In this document: piece by piece, positions 47,863 to 59,121 of the stretch | Numbering within the stretch: the first letter of the stretch is position 1 | Layout of the letters: every line of letters begins with the position of its first letter | Source of the DNA: an uncultured Bacilli bacterium | GTDB lineage: Bacteria > Bacillota_I > Bacilli_A > RF39 > UBA660 | DNA length: 64,000 nt | NCBI GenBank assembly: GCA_934096645.1 | Contig: CAKOMK010000002.1 | Span: 55,383-119,382, forward strand | Direction of reading: 5' to 3' | Notes under the pieces: model-generated | The model's database searches: none | The model's input: only the letters and a program-made list of their open reading frames with translations | Told to the model about the DNA's origin: nothing | Translations under genes and position numbers: made by a program

Positions 47863-48411
47863 ATGTTTAAACAAAGTGATATTTTAGATGAAAAAAACAA
47901 AATTCTAAGACAAAAAAGCAATGAAGTTAAATTTCCTATGTCTGAAGATGATATATCTTTAATAAATGATATGATTATGTATTTAAGATTAAGTCAAGAT
48001 GAAGAATATGCTAAAAAGAATGATATTAGAGCTGGTATGGGTTTAGCTGCTGTTCAGCTTGGAAATTTAAAAAGATTTTTTGTAATTTCATATAAGAATG
48101 ATGATGGTACTTTTGAAGAATATAAAGTAGTTAATCCTAAAATAGTATCTCACTCTGAAGAACTTATTTATGTGGAAGAAGGAGAAGGATGTTTAAGCGT
48201 AAATAGATATGTTGAAGGAATTGTACCAAGATATGCTAGAGTTACAGTTGAATATCAAGATGAATTTGGTAATCAAAAATCTGTAAGAGTTCGTGAAGAA
48301 ATAGCTGTAGCATTCCAACATGAAATAGATCATTTAGAGGGTATAATGTTCACAGATAAAATAGATCCAAAAGACCCATTCAAGAATAAAAACTCGATGC
48401 GTGCAATATAA
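47863..48411 (+). CDS. def: peptide deformylase
   Basis: Motifs GMGLAAVQ, EGCLS, HEIDHLEG; GAGGAG RBS before the ATG at 47863. Confidence 0.85.
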   Translation: MFKQSDILDEKNKILRQKSNEVKFPMSEDDISLINDMIMYLRLSQDEEYAKKNDIRAGMGLAAVQLGNLKRFFVISYKNDDGTFEEYKVVNPKIVSHSEELIYVEEGEGCLSVNRYVEGIVPRYARVTVEYQDEFGNQKSVRVREEIAVAFQHEIDHLEGIMFTDKIDPKDPFKNKNSMRAI

Positions 48412-48477
48412 AGTAAATAATAAATTATTTACTTTTTTTATTAAATAATTTATAATTATCATAGGAGAAGAATATAA

Positions 48478-49155
48478 ATGAAAACAAAAGATAATATTTA
48501 TAAAAAAAGAGCGATTTTTTGGGGGTTAATATTAATTATAATGATAGCGTGTTTTGCATTTGGAATGACAGCTTATTATAATGGAGAGGGTCCAGATGGT
48601 AAAACAAGAAGCACTTTATATCCTATAACTGAAAAATTTAATCAATTAGATGATGTTTCACTATATACCCTATCTGGTCGTGAATTTAGTGCAAAATATT
48701 CAAATGAAAGAATTGTATTAAGATATGAAACTAATAGTAATAAATACAAATATAAATTAGATTATAATGATGAAACAAAACTATTAACTTTAGATACAAC
48801 ATACGATAATGAAGATGATTTATATACTGTAGTAAAAGCTTTAATCAACGCAGTATATGTTAATAAAGGTTATAAAGCTGGAGCTGTATTTGAAAAGTTC
48901 ACAATAGATAGTTTCAAGGCAACAACAATAAATGATGGTATAAGCGTTGTAACAGATGGTAAGAATTATAAAATTGATATTAATTTAGATGAAGATATTT
49001 TAAAAAGTGGTAAAGAAGATATAATCCAAGATAATTCAAATACTAACAATGATAATCAAACTCCTACAGATAATATAACAGATACAACTGATAATACGGA
49101 TAGTACAGATGATAAAAATCAACCAGAAGAACCTCAAACAGATAAACAAAACTAA
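48478..49155 (+). CDS. hypothetical membrane-anchored protein with D/T/N-rich C-terminus
   Basis: N-terminal TM helix; no recognisable motif. Confidence 0.45.
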   Translation: MKTKDNIYKKRAIFWGLILIIMIACFAFGMTAYYNGEGPDGKTRSTLYPITEKFNQLDDVSLYTLSGREFSAKYSNERIVLRYETNSNKYKYKLDYNDETKLLTLDTTYDNEDDLYTVVKALINAVYVNKGYKAGAVFEKFTIDSFKATTINDGISVVTDGKNYKIDINLDEDILKSGKEDIIQDNSNTNNDNQTPTDNITDTTDNTDSTDDKNQPEEPQTDKQN

Positions 49156-49156
49156 A

Positions 49157-49190
49157 AGACTTGAATAAAAATTTCAAGTCTTTTTTAATC
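49157..49190. terminator. bidirectional terminator between the convergent 48478..49155 gene and smc
   Basis: 9-bp stem agacttgaa/ttcaagtct with T-runs on both strands, directly after both stop codons. Confidence 0.6.
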
Positions 49191-52124
49191 TTCTAATTTA
49201 ACACTAACTATCTTACTTACTCCACTCTCTTGCATTGTAATACCATATAATTTATCAAGGTATTCCATAGTTTTCTTTTTATGAGTAATTACAAGTAATT
49301 GAGTTTTATTTTTATAATTAGCTAAATATTCTCCAAATACAGTAGCATTATTCTCATCAAGTGCAGATTCAACTTCATCAAGAATTACAAATGGAACATG
49401 TTCCAAATTCATTATTGAGAATAATAAACTTATAGCCGTCATAGTTCTTTCACCACCAGATAATAAACTAAGTGGTTTTTGATTCTTTCCAGGAGGTACT
49501 GCAATAATATCAATACCAGTTTCAAGTATATTATCAGGGTCTGTTAACTCTAAATGAGCATTTCCACCTTTAAATAATGTTTTAAATACTTTTTCAAATT
49601 CAACATTTATATCATTAAATGATTGAACAAATTTTTCTTTCATTACTTCATCCATATCATCAATAATGCTAAGTAAATCATTTTTACTATTTTCTAAATC
49701 TTCTTTTTGTTTAGTTAAGAAATTAACTCTCTTACTAATTCTATCATATTCATCAATTGATCCTAAATTAACATCTCCAAGACTCTTAACTTTTCTTCTA
49801 AGCATATTAACTCTTTCACGAGCAACTTCAGTATCAATCTCAAGAACATATTCCTTACGAGCTCTCTCATAACCTAAACTATATTCTTCACTAAGTCTAT
49901 TTAATAAGCCATCTAAATTAATATTTATTTTAGTTATTTCAAGTTCTAAATTATTAATTTCATTTACTAAATTATTATATTCACTATTTTGTTTCTTAAT
50001 AGCTGTTTCTAATGTAGTTAATGTATTATTTAAATCAATCTTTTCTTTATTCAAAGCATTCAAAGTCTTTTCTAATTCATTCTTCTTTTCTTCATGATTA
50101 TAATATTCTTTAATAACATTATCTAATTCTTTAGATAAGTTATTATCACTTAAATTATCAATTTCATTTACTACACTTTCAAGTTCACTATTTAATGTTT
50201 CAAGTATTGAATTCTTATTATTTAGTGATTCTTTATTCTTAATAATTTCAATATTTAAATTATATATATTATCTTTAATAATATTTAAGTCACTATCTAA
50301 TTCATTAACTTTCTTTTCAGCTTCAACTATATCATTGTTTATAACATTTAAACTATTTTTTAGCTTTTCTAACTCATATTTATCAGAGATGTATGAACTA
50401 TTAGTTTTAATGCTTCCACCAGTCATAACACCACCAACATGAATAAGCTCACCATCTAAAGAAATAACTCTATATCTATGATTTATTTTCTTACTTATAG
50501 CTATTGCTGAAGTAATATTATCAGTAACAATTATATTTCCAAGTTGATTCATAACAATATTATAATATTTATTATCATATGTCACTAAATCACTTGCTAT
50601 TCCTATAAAACCAATTATATTACTAATATTTCTAAGTATTTCTGGTTCAATACTTTTAGGTTTAATAACATTAAGTGGAAAGAATGTAGCTCTACCTTTA
50701 TTTTGTCTCTTTAAATAATCAATTGCTTCTTTAGCACATGCTTCATCATTAACAACGATATTATTAGAAGAAGCACCTAAAGCAACATCAAGCATAGTCA
50801 CATACTCACTCTTAGTATTAACTAAATTACCTAAAATATCATGAATTCCTCTTAAAGTAGGATTATCAATAACTGATCTAACACTATAAGGTATTTTATT
50901 CATATTAGATATATTATTTTCAAGAATATCAATCTTATTATTTCTATCAAGTAAATCTTTTCTTTTAGAATTAAGTTCAAAAGTTGCTCTTTCTTTTTCT
51001 CTATTAACACTATTATATTCATTATTTAATGAACTTAATTTTTCATTTAAATTATTAATTTCATCATTTAAATATTTAATATCTAAATTGCTAGAAGATA
51101 TATTATTTCTTAAAGAACCTTCCCTATCCTTTAAAGCAATTAAATTATTTTTAACTGTTTCACTTTCTTTATCATATTTATTTCTTTCAGTTATTAAAGT
51201 CTTTTTATTACTTAAAGCAATTAAACTCTCATTAATTTTAAATATAGAAGCACTAGTAGATTTAATATTTTCATCAATATTTAAAAGTCTAACTTTTATT
51301 TTTTCTGCTTCTGTTTCTTCATTAGTAGAATTAGCTTGTAATTTAGATAATTTTTCTTCTAATTTAAGTTTAGCATTAGAATCATTCTCAACTTTAGTAC
51401 TTAAAACAGTTATATCATTAGCAATTAAAGCTATTTCAACACTTTCAAGTTCACTAGTAACTTCTTTATATTCACGTGCTTTTCTAGCAGCTTCTTCAAG
51501 TGGTACTAAGTTTTCACTATTCTCATTTATTATTAAATTTATTCTTTCTATATTATCTTGTGTTTTATATAGTTTAGATAAACTTTCTTCTTTTCTCTTT
51601 TTATATTTTAACACACCAGCAGCATCTTCAAATATAACTCTTCTTTCTTCTGGTTTTTCACTTAATATTTGATCTATCTTATTTTGAGGAACAATATTAA
51701 ATGATTCTTTAGAAGATCTTGAATCTAAAAATAAATTAGTTATATCTTTAAGTCTACATTTTTCATTATTGATATAATATTCATTTTCTCCAGTTTTATA
51801 TACAACTCTTTTAACAGATACATCATTATAATCAATATTAAGCGTCCTATCAGTATTATCAAAAGTAATCATAACAGATGCAAAATTAGCAGGATTACGT
51901 GAAGAAGAACCATTAAATATAACATCAGTCATATTATTAGAACCTCTAAGTGTCTTAATACTTTGTTCTCCTAAAACCCATTTAATAGCATCAACTATAT
52001 TACTTTTACCACTTCCATTAGGACCAACTATTCCTGTAAAAGTAGGATCTAATTCTATAGTTAATTTATCAGCAAACGATTTAAAACCATTAATTTGTAT
52101 TTCTTTAATATACACGATACTCAC
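49185..52124 (-). CDS. smc: chromosome partition protein SMC
   Basis: N-terminal Walker A GPNGSGKSN, central hinge, C-terminal LSGGERTMTAISLLFS and Walker B ILDEVESALD, long coiled coils. Confidence 0.85.
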   Translation of the reverse strand: MSIVYIKEIQINGFKSFADKLTIELDPTFTGIVGPNGSGKSNIVDAIKWVLGEQSIKTLRGSNNMTDVIFNGSSSRNPANFASVMITFDNTDRTLNIDYNDVSVKRVVYKTGENEYYINNEKCRLKDITNLFLDSRSSKESFNIVPQNKIDQILSEKPEERRVIFEDAAGVLKYKKRKEESLSKLYKTQDNIERINLIINENSENLVPLEEAARKAREYKEVTSELESVEIALIANDITVLSTKVENDSNAKLKLEEKLSKLQANSTNEETEAEKIKVRLLNIDENIKSTSASIFKINESLIALSNKKTLITERNKYDKESETVKNNLIALKDREGSLRNNISSSNLDIKYLNDEINNLNEKLSSLNNEYNSVNREKERATFELNSKRKDLLDRNNKIDILENNISNMNKIPYSVRSVIDNPTLRGIHDILGNLVNTKSEYVTMLDVALGASSNNIVVNDEACAKEAIDYLKRQNKGRATFFPLNVIKPKSIEPEILRNISNIIGFIGIASDLVTYDNKYYNIVMNQLGNIIVTDNITSAIAISKKINHRYRVISLDGELIHVGGVMTGGSIKTNSSYISDKYELEKLKNSLNVINNDIVEAEKKVNELDSDLNIIKDNIYNLNIEIIKNKESLNNKNSILETLNSELESVVNEIDNLSDNNLSKELDNVIKEYYNHEEKKNELEKTLNALNKEKIDLNNTLTTLETAIKKQNSEYNNLVNEINNLELEITKININLDGLLNRLSEEYSLGYERARKEYVLEIDTEVARERVNMLRRKVKSLGDVNLGSIDEYDRISKRVNFLTKQKEDLENSKNDLLSIIDDMDEVMKEKFVQSFNDINVEFEKVFKTLFKGGNAHLELTDPDNILETGIDIIAVPPGKNQKPLSLLSGGERTMTAISLLFSIMNLEHVPFVILDEVESALDENNATVFGEYLANYKNKTQLLVITHKKKTMEYLDKLYGITMQESGVSKIVSVKLED

Positions 52125-52189
52125 ATCCTATTTTATTACTTAATTATTATAGCATAATAAAAAGAAAAGCGCATTAGTCAAAAATGAAT

Positions 52190-52834
52190 TTACGCTCTTT
52201 TGTTATATGCTTCTTTAGCTGCATTTTGTTCAGCTTCTTTTTTAGAAGAACCACTTCCAACTCCATATATAAGTCCATCTATAATAACTTCTACTTTAAA
52301 TGTCTTATTATGAGCAGGTCCACTTTCATCTATTAATTTATATTCAACACTCTTTTTAACTGTTTGAACACTTTCTTGAAGTAAACTCTTATAATCCATT
52401 AAGAAATCTTCTTGTCTATCAATATATGGAACAATTAATTCATGAAAAACTCTTTTAACTGCATTAAGACCATTTTCTAAATATATAACAGCCATAGTAG
52501 CTTCAAATACATCAGCAATAATGGTTTTATTTGCTTCACTCATTCCATTACCTAAATAAATATATTTTTTTAAATCTATTTCCTTAGAATATTCATATAA
52601 AGCATTCTCACAAACATATAAACTTCTAAGTCTACTCATTTCACCTTCAGGATAATTAGTATTATTATATAAATAATCACTACACACTATTTCTAAAACA
52701 GCATCACCTAAATATTCAAGTCTTTCATAACATTCACCACCATGTTCATTAGAATAACTTGAATGAGTTAAAGCAGTACTTATTAGCTTCTCATCTTTAA
52801 ATTTAATACCATATTTTTTATATATATTCTTCAT
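52190..52834 (-). CDS. rnc: ribonuclease III
   Basis: Catalytic signature ERLEYLGDAVLE and a C-terminal dsRBD. Confidence 0.85.
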   Translation of the reverse strand: MKNIYKKYGIKFKDEKLISTALTHSSYSNEHGGECYERLEYLGDAVLEIVCSDYLYNNTNYPEGEMSRLRSLYVCENALYEYSKEIDLKKYIYLGNGMSEANKTIIADVFEATMAVIYLENGLNAVKRVFHELIVPYIDRQEDFLMDYKSLLQESVQTVKKSVEYKLIDESGPAHNKTFKVEVIIDGLIYGVGSGSSKKEAEQNAAKEAYNKRA

Positions 52835-52941
52835 ACTTATCACTACTCAATTATAACATAATAAAAATATAATAGTAAATGAACAAGTAATATTTTCTTT
52901 ATAATATTTATTTTTTTTAATTAATATTATATAATTGTAGT

Positions 52942-53154
52942 ATGACAAAATTATTGATAAAGTTAATTGAAATATATCAAATAACTCCTCTTCATAGTCA
53001 TCAAATGTGTAGATTTACTCCTACATGTAGTGAATATATGAAAGAATGTTTGAATATTTATGGATTAAAGGGAATATTTAAAGGAATAAAAAGAATACTT
53101 AGGTGTCATCCATTTGGTAAGATTGGTTATGACCCAGTAATAAAAGGAGAATAG
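52942..53154 (+). CDS. yidD: membrane protein insertion efficiency factor YidD
   Basis: Conserved [10 protein letters not shown]...RCHPFG; 70 aa. Confidence 0.8.
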   Translation: MTKLLIKLIEIYQITPLHSHQMCRFTPTCSEYMKECLNIYGLKGIFKGIKRILRCHPFGKIGYDPVIKGE

Positions 53155-53155
53155 A

Positions 53156-54013
53156 ATGAAAAAATTTAGTATTTTATTAATAGGTATACTATTACTTAGT
53201 GGATGTAGTTTTAATGATGATTTTAGTGACAAACTTATTTATACAACATCTTATCCAATTGAATATGCAACAAGTATGTTATATGGCGATTATGGTAAGA
53301 TATCAAGTGTTTATCCTAACGGAGCTGACACTAAATATGAAGTAACTGAAAAGAAAAAAGATATTTATTCTAAAGGTGAAAAATTTATCTATTCAGGTAT
53401 TGCAAACGAAGGATATCTAGCAAGAGACTTACTTAATAAAAATGGAAATCTTCAAATAATAGATGCTACTAAAGGATTACAAGCATCAACAACAATTACT
53501 TCTTCTTGGTTAGATCCTTCAAACTATTTAATGCTATGTAGTAATATTAAATCTGGATTAATCGATTATACAAGTAATGTTTATACAAAAGAAAATATAG
53601 AAAAGAATTATAACTTATTAAATGAAAAAGTATCAGAATTAGATGTAGCTTTATATGATATAGGTAAAAATGGTAACTATAACACTATTCTTACTACAAG
53701 CAATGTATTTAATTATTTAACTAAATATAATATAAACGTTATATCACTTGATACTAACAACGATGCAATAGATAGAGCTTATTCAGATGCAAAAAAAGCA
53801 ATATCAGATAAAAGTATTCAATATATTTATTATATCGAAGGTGACGAATTTAATGAACAACAAGAAAAACTAGTAACAGACAATAGTTTAGTTAAAGTAG
53901 CTATAAATAATTTATTTACACTAAGTGATGAAGAAAGAAATGAAAATAAAAACTACATCACACTTATGAATGAAATAATAGAAAATTACAAAAAAGAATT
54001 ATATAAAAAGTAA
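53156..54013 (+). CDS. lipoprotein of unknown function
   Basis: Lipobox LLSGC after the signal peptide; 285 aa. Confidence 0.5.
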   Translation: MKKFSILLIGILLLSGCSFNDDFSDKLIYTTSYPIEYATSMLYGDYGKISSVYPNGADTKYEVTEKKKDIYSKGEKFIYSGIANEGYLARDLLNKNGNLQIIDATKGLQASTTITSSWLDPSNYLMLCSNIKSGLIDYTSNVYTKENIEKNYNLLNEKVSELDVALYDIGKNGNYNTILTTSNVFNYLTKYNINVISLDTNNDAIDRAYSDAKKAISDKSIQYIYYIEGDEFNEQQEKLVTDNSLVKVAINNLFTLSDEERNENKNYITLMNEIIENYKKELYKK

Positions 54014-54017
54014 AAAG

Positions 54018-55178
54018 TCAAACCAACTTTTTACTTTTTTTAACACATTTAATAATATTTAATAATTCATAATATTCACTTATGTGTTTTCTATCATTAT
54101 TAGTATAATATAAATGACTAAATATTTCTAATACTCTATCATAATATTCACCAAAAATATCTTCTAACATATCTATATACTCATCTTCATAACAAGAAAG
54201 TATAAACCAATTCATAAAATCATATCCAAAAGCTTTATATATATGACAAGCAGCCTTAACATAAAGTCTTATTTGATTATCATGAATTATAGTATTAGCT
54301 TCTTCATCTAGGTCAAACTCATCATAAAAACTAGAATTAAATATCATATTAGTTAAAGCTTCAGTAAGACCTTCTTCTATACCTCTTTGATTTGATATTC
54401 TAGTCTTAACAATTTCTTTTGGTTCATATATTTTATCATTTATACCTCTTTTATTATAAAAACTAGAAGATAAATAAGTTTCATCATCATAACCATATAT
54501 TATAGCGTCATCTATTTGATCAATAACATTACCATCAATAGACTTAATAATAAATAATTTAACACTAGGATTATAATAAATATCATAATTTTCTAGTCCT
54601 CTACAAGAAGAAATTAATGTTTCATTAGTTAAATCACCAAGAGAATATAACTTTTCAACTTCACTTCTAAGTAAACCTACATTATATTTAAAATTAACAG
54701 ATTTTTCTTTTTCATCTGAAGCATAAATATAATCAAGATTATTTAAAGTATTATCATATTTTCTTAAAACAGCTCTATTCTCATGAATCATTTCATGAAT
54801 AATTGTTTCGCATAAAACAAGTATAGCACTTTTCTTTCTAGATTCACTTCCATCAACATACTCATTATATAAAGTTCTAAGATAATCATAATTAATCCAT
54901 ATACTATGATAACGTAAAGAATTACTATGTTCTAATTTTCTTTCTTCACTAGAACTTAAAGAATCATTAACAATATTACTATCATGATTATAAACAGCAC
55001 TAGAATCTTCATACGTAATAGTTCCCTTATAGTCAATATATATTTCTATATCAAACAAATGATTAAATAAATCACTATATCCAAGCCTACTAAAAAATAA
55101 AGCTAAAACATCTTTAGCTTTATTTTTACCTATTTCAATAAAACTATTATATTCACTTTCTTGAAACATAATTATCAA
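54018..55178 (-). CDS. cytoplasmic hypothetical protein with HExxH motif (HEMIHE), possible metallopeptidase-like
   Basis: 386 aa, no TM helix; the single HEMIHENR motif is the only recognisable signature. Confidence 0.4.
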   Translation of the reverse strand: MIIMFQESEYNSFIEIGKNKAKDVLALFFSRLGYSDLFNHLFDIEIYIDYKGTITYEDSSAVYNHDSNIVNDSLSSSEERKLEHSNSLRYHSIWINYDYLRTLYNEYVDGSESRKKSAILVLCETIIHEMIHENRAVLRKYDNTLNNLDYIYASDEKEKSVNFKYNVGLLRSEVEKLYSLGDLTNETLISSCRGLENYDIYYNPSVKLFIIKSIDGNVIDQIDDAIIYGYDDETYLSSSFYNKRGINDKIYEPKEIVKTRISNQRGIEEGLTEALTNMIFNSSFYDEFDLDEEANTIIHDNQIRLYVKAACHIYKAFGYDFMNWFILSCYEDEYIDMLEDIFGEYYDRVLEIFSHLYYTNNDRKHISEYYELLNIIKCVKKSKKLV

Positions 55179-55186
55179 CCTACACC

Positions 55187-56203
55187 CTATATATCATAAT
55201 CAAATAAAGTTCTTTGTTCATTTATTTTAAATTTCTTGTATGCTTTTGGAGTAACAATTCTACCCCTAGAAGTTCTTTTAACATATCCTTCTTGTAATAA
55301 GAAAGGTTCAATAACATCTTCAATAGTAGTCACTTCTTCACCAATAGATGAAGCAATAGATTCTATTCCTACTGGACCACCATTAAATTTATTAATGATA
55401 CTAAGTAAGTAATCTTTATCAGCATTATCAAGACCACTTTCATCTATCTTTAATCTTTCAAGAGCCTTCTTAGTAATTTCTAAATCAATAATATCTTTTC
55501 CATCAACTAATGCAAAATCACTAACTCTTTTTAAAAGTCTATTTGCTATACGTGGAGTCTTTCTACTTCTAATAGCAATCTCAAGAGCAGCATCATCATC
55601 AATATTAAATTTAAGCACTCTAGAGCTTCTTTTAACTATCATGGCTAATTCTTCATCAGTATAGAATTCTAGCTTAGAAATGATTCCAAATCTATCTCTA
55701 AGTGGACTAGACAAGTCACCACTTCTAGTAGTTGCTCCAACTAATGTAAAAGGAGGTAAATCTATTTTAATACTTCTACTTTGTCCTTCACCACCAATAA
55801 TAATATCTAGCTTAAAATCTTCCATAGCACTATATAATATTTCTTCAATATATCTAGGTATTCTATGTATTTCATCAATAAATAAAACATCATTTGGCTC
55901 TAAAGTAGAAAGTATAGCAGCTAAATCTCCACTCTTCTCAATAGTAGGACCACTAGCAGTCTTAATATTACTACCAAGTTCATTAGCAATAATATGTGCT
56001 AAAGTAGTTTTACCAAGCCCAGGAGGACCATATAATAAAACATGATCTAAATTTGTACCCCTTAACTTAGCAGCTTTAACAAATACTTTTATATTTTCTT
56101 TAACATCAGTTTGTCCAATATATTCATCAAAAGAGTCAGGTCTAATACTTTTCTCAAAAGTATCTTCTTCTAATTCATGATTAGTAACAACTCTCTCATC
56201 CAT
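55187..56203 (-). CDS. ruvB: Holliday junction branch-migration ATPase RuvB
   Basis: Walker [10 protein letters not shown], Walker B LFIDEIHR, sensor and winged-helix regions. Confidence 0.9.
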   Translation of the reverse strand: MDERVVTNHELEEDTFEKSIRPDSFDEYIGQTDVKENIKVFVKAAKLRGTNLDHVLLYGPPGLGKTTLAHIIANELGSNIKTASGPTIEKSGDLAAILSTLEPNDVLFIDEIHRIPRYIEEILYSAMEDFKLDIIIGGEGQSRSIKIDLPPFTLVGATTRSGDLSSPLRDRFGIISKLEFYTDEELAMIVKRSSRVLKFNIDDDAALEIAIRSRKTPRIANRLLKRVSDFALVDGKDIIDLEITKKALERLKIDESGLDNADKDYLLSIINKFNGGPVGIESIASSIGEEVTTIEDVIEPFLLQEGYVKRTSRGRIVTPKAYKKFKINEQRTLFDYDI

Positions 56204-56771
56204 TATATTTCTCCTTAATATATTTTTCTACATCATACCAAGAATCAACTCTTTTAAATCTATTTTCATCATGATTATATTGATTAGTAAATAATAACAC
56301 ATCAACACCAGCAGCACTAACTTCTTCACAATGACTTTCTTTATCATCTATAAATAGATTAACTTCATTTTCAACGCATTCATCAACCTTACTACCAGTA
56401 TCAACATATATCTTATCATAATGAATACCATGTCTATCTAACCAATTCTTAGTAAGCATATATGGATCAGTAATATATTTGCCTTTTCTAAAAGATATAA
56501 TAATTATTTTAGCACCTTCTTTATGTAATTTATTAATTACTTCTTTAGCACCTTCTTTTATCTCTGCATTATCCATAATATATTCAAGTCTATCAGCAAA
56601 GAATTTACCTTTCATATCTTTTTCCCAATCCATCATTTCAGTAAATTCATAAGCATCTTTATTTTTAACACCACTGCCACCTAAAACTTCTTTATCATAT
56701 TTATCTGCTTCAACAAGTATTCTTTCATTAGTAGAACAAATAGTGTCATCCATATCAATTCCAATTATCAT
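56196..56771 (-). CDS. HAD-superfamily 5'(3')-deoxyribonucleotidase-like hydrolase
   Basis: HAD motif I IGIDMDDT; C-terminal DD motif. Confidence 0.55.
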   Translation of the reverse strand: MIIGIDMDDTICSTNERILVEADKYDKEVLGGSGVKNKDAYEFTEMMDWEKDMKGKFFADRLEYIMDNAEIKEGAKEVINKLHKEGAKIIIISFRKGKYITDPYMLTKNWLDRHGIHYDKIYVDTGSKVDECVENEVNLFIDDKESHCEEVSAAGVDVLLFTNQYNHDENRFKRVDSWYDVEKYIKEKYNG

Positions 56772-56781
56772 AATCTATACC

Positions 56782-57330
56782 TCACTTCAATAATAATTTT
56801 AATGCTTCTTTAATTTGATTCTCTATACTTAAAGTCTTATCAACTTTAACAACAATATTTTTAATATCATTTGTTTTATAACCTAAAGCTTCAAGAGCTA
56901 AAACTAATTCATCATTAGATTCACTACTTCCTTCACTCATAACAAGTTTTCCTTTTAAATCTAATATTATTTGTCTAGCTAACTTTTCACCAATCTTAGG
57001 AAACTTCTTTAAATATAATATATTTTCTCTATCAATAGCGTCAATTATTCCATTAATAGATCCAGTTGCTAGTATTGGCATAGCCATTTTAGGTCCAAGA
57101 CCTTTAACATCTATAAGTCTTAAAAACAAATCTCTTTCTTCTTCACTACTAAAACCATATAATGAATTTTCATCTTCTCTTATATGATTATATACATATA
57201 CAATAGTTTCTTCATTTTCTTTAAATTTATATGGATTAGGAGTATAAACTTTATATCCAACACCATTAACATCTATAACAATATAATTTGCTAATTGTTT
57301 AGTAATTTTTCCTTTTAAATAATCAAACAT
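56782..57330 (-). CDS. ruvA: Holliday junction DNA helicase RuvA
   Basis: MFDYLKGKI N-terminus, HhH motifs (LIDVKGLGPKMA), C-terminal domain III. Confidence 0.85.
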   Translation of the reverse strand: MFDYLKGKITKQLANYIVIDVNGVGYKVYTPNPYKFKENEETIVYVYNHIREDENSLYGFSSEEERDLFLRLIDVKGLGPKMAMPILATGSINGIIDAIDRENILYLKKFPKIGEKLARQIILDLKGKLVMSEGSSESNDELVLALEALGYKTNDIKNIVVKVDKTLSIENQIKEALKLLLK

Positions 57331-57387
57331 AACATCATCCTCACTACAAAATTATAACATACAAAAAGTTACTTTAAAAGTAACTTA

Positions 57388-57999
57388 TTATTTTTTATTC
57401 ATTAATTCTCGATATTTTTTACCAATTCTAAACATAGTATTCTCAACATACTTTTTACTTTTATTAATCTTTTCAGCAATTTCAGCATTTGATAAACCAA
57501 GAACCTTATATTCAAATATTTCTTTTTCACCACTACTAAACATATCTTTAAGTTTATTAAGTAATACTTTTCCTTCTTCTTCTTCAAATAAAATATTTAA
57601 AGGATTACTTCTTTCATCACTAAAAACATCATAAAAGTCTAAATTAGAATCATCTATCATCTTATCTAAAGAATAACTATCATTTAATATTTTACTCTTT
57701 TTACTAAAACTTTTTCTAACAGAAGATAGCATATTATTTTTAATACATTTAGTCGCATAAGTATAAAAAGTAGTATCTTTTGTTTCATCATAAGTATTAA
57801 TCGCAGTCATTAAACCAATTAATCCTTCTTGATAAAAATCATTAATTTCGCTTCCAACAATATTTAATTCTTTCATATATTGTTTAACCGTACTAAGTAT
57901 AATAGGTTTATATTTATTAATTATAGTATTATAAGCTTCTTCACTATTTTCACAACAAAGATAAACTAATTCATTATCATTTAATTCTTTATAATCCAT
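57388..57999 (-). CDS. sigH: SigH-like sigma-70 family factor (203 aa)
   Basis: Region 2 (DFYQEGLIGLMTAINTY) and region 4 HTH (LSNAEIAEKINKSKKYVENTMFR). Lies next to the rlmB/yacO homolog, as sigH does in Bacillus. Confidence 0.6.
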   Translation of the reverse strand: MDYKELNDNELVYLCCENSEEAYNTIINKYKPIILSTVKQYMKELNIVGSEINDFYQEGLIGLMTAINTYDETKDTTFYTYATKCIKNNMLSSVRKSFSKKSKILNDSYSLDKMIDDSNLDFYDVFSDERSNPLNILFEEEEGKVLLNKLKDMFSSGEKEIFEYKVLGLSNAEIAEKINKSKKYVENTMFRIGKKYRELMNKK

Positions 58000-58006
58000 C
58001 TTTCAC

Positions 58007-58705
58007 CTATTTATATTTCATTATTTCATAAATTAATATTCCACATGCAACACTTGCATTTAAAGAATTTATTTTACCTTTCATTGGAAGACTAATTATT
58101 TCATCACAATTCTTAGTTACTATTTGTTTAAGCCCATGCCCTTCACTTCCAATAACTAAACAAGTTTTAGTATCAAACTTTATATTAGAATAATTTTTTC
58201 CATTAGCTTCAGCACCATATACCCAAAAACCTAAATCTTTTAATTTAGTAATAGTATTAGTAAGATTAACAACTTCAATAATTTTAACATTAGCTAAAGC
58301 TCCACAAGAAGTTTTATAAACAGTAGAATTAACATTTACACTTCTATTTCTTGGAATAATTATATAATCTACTCCAGCACATTCACATGTACGTATAATA
58401 GCTCCAAAATTATGAGGATCTTCAATAGAATCTAACATAACAACAAAAGATGCATCATTATCATTTTCAAGAGCTTTAATATCTAAATATTTATACTCTT
58501 CAATATCAGCAGCAATACCTTGATTAGTACTATTACCACACATCTTATCTAATTTATTTTTATCCATATGAAACTTCTTTAAATTTCTTTTATTAATTCT
58601 ATTTAATAACAATTCATCTTTAAAATTATTATCTAAAAATACTTTATATATTTTAATATTATTATTTAATATTTCATTTATAACATTCTTACCATATACT
58701 AGCAT
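58007..58705 (-). CDS. rlmB: SpoU/TrmH-family 23S rRNA 2'-O-ribose methyltransferase (RlmB/YacO-like)
   Basis: SpoU motifs DPHNFGAIIRT, IGSEGHGL, LNASVACGIL. Confidence 0.75.
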   Translation of the reverse strand: MLVYGKNVINEILNNNIKIYKVFLDNNFKDELLLNRINKRNLKKFHMDKNKLDKMCGNSTNQGIAADIEEYKYLDIKALENDNDASFVVMLDSIEDPHNFGAIIRTCECAGVDYIIIPRNRSVNVNSTVYKTSCGALANVKIIEVVNLTNTITKLKDLGFWVYGAEANGKNYSNIKFDTKTCLVIGSEGHGLKQIVTKNCDEIISLPMKGKINSLNASVACGILIYEIMKYK

Positions 58706-58734
58706 AATTCCTCCAAAAAACTAAAAATATTTTA

Positions 58735-59115
58735 TCATACTTTTTTAATTTTATTTACAATAAATTTTAACAAATTCATAAGCAATAATATAACTATATA
58801 AAGAGCATCTATAATATAGAAAAACATAATACCTAAAAATGTAGCTAAAGCACCAATATCAGTACCTAAAGTATACTTTTCACTTTTTAATAATATATAC
58901 ATCACGACAGCACTAACAAGAAATATCAAAAATGATGTAAGTATCACTTTATAACTAATATATTTCTTTTTATATTTAAACATATAAAATATAAAAAGTG
59001 ATATAAATGAAAATATTTGAAATAAAAGTACTGCATCAGAATAATCTTTAACAAATATTATCATTAATATAAAATCAATAATACAAACTATACCAGTAAC
59101 AACTATCTCTAACAT
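58735..59115 (-). CDS. small membrane protein (126 aa)
   Basis: Four TM helices; no recognisable motif. Confidence 0.4.
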   Translation of the reverse strand: MLEIVVTGIVCIIDFILMIIFVKDYSDAVLLFQIFSFISLFIFYMFKYKKKYISYKVILTSFLIFLVSAVVMYILLKSEKYTLGTDIGALATFLGIMFFYIIDALYIVILLLMNLLKFIVNKIKKV

Positions 59116-59121
59116 AATACC

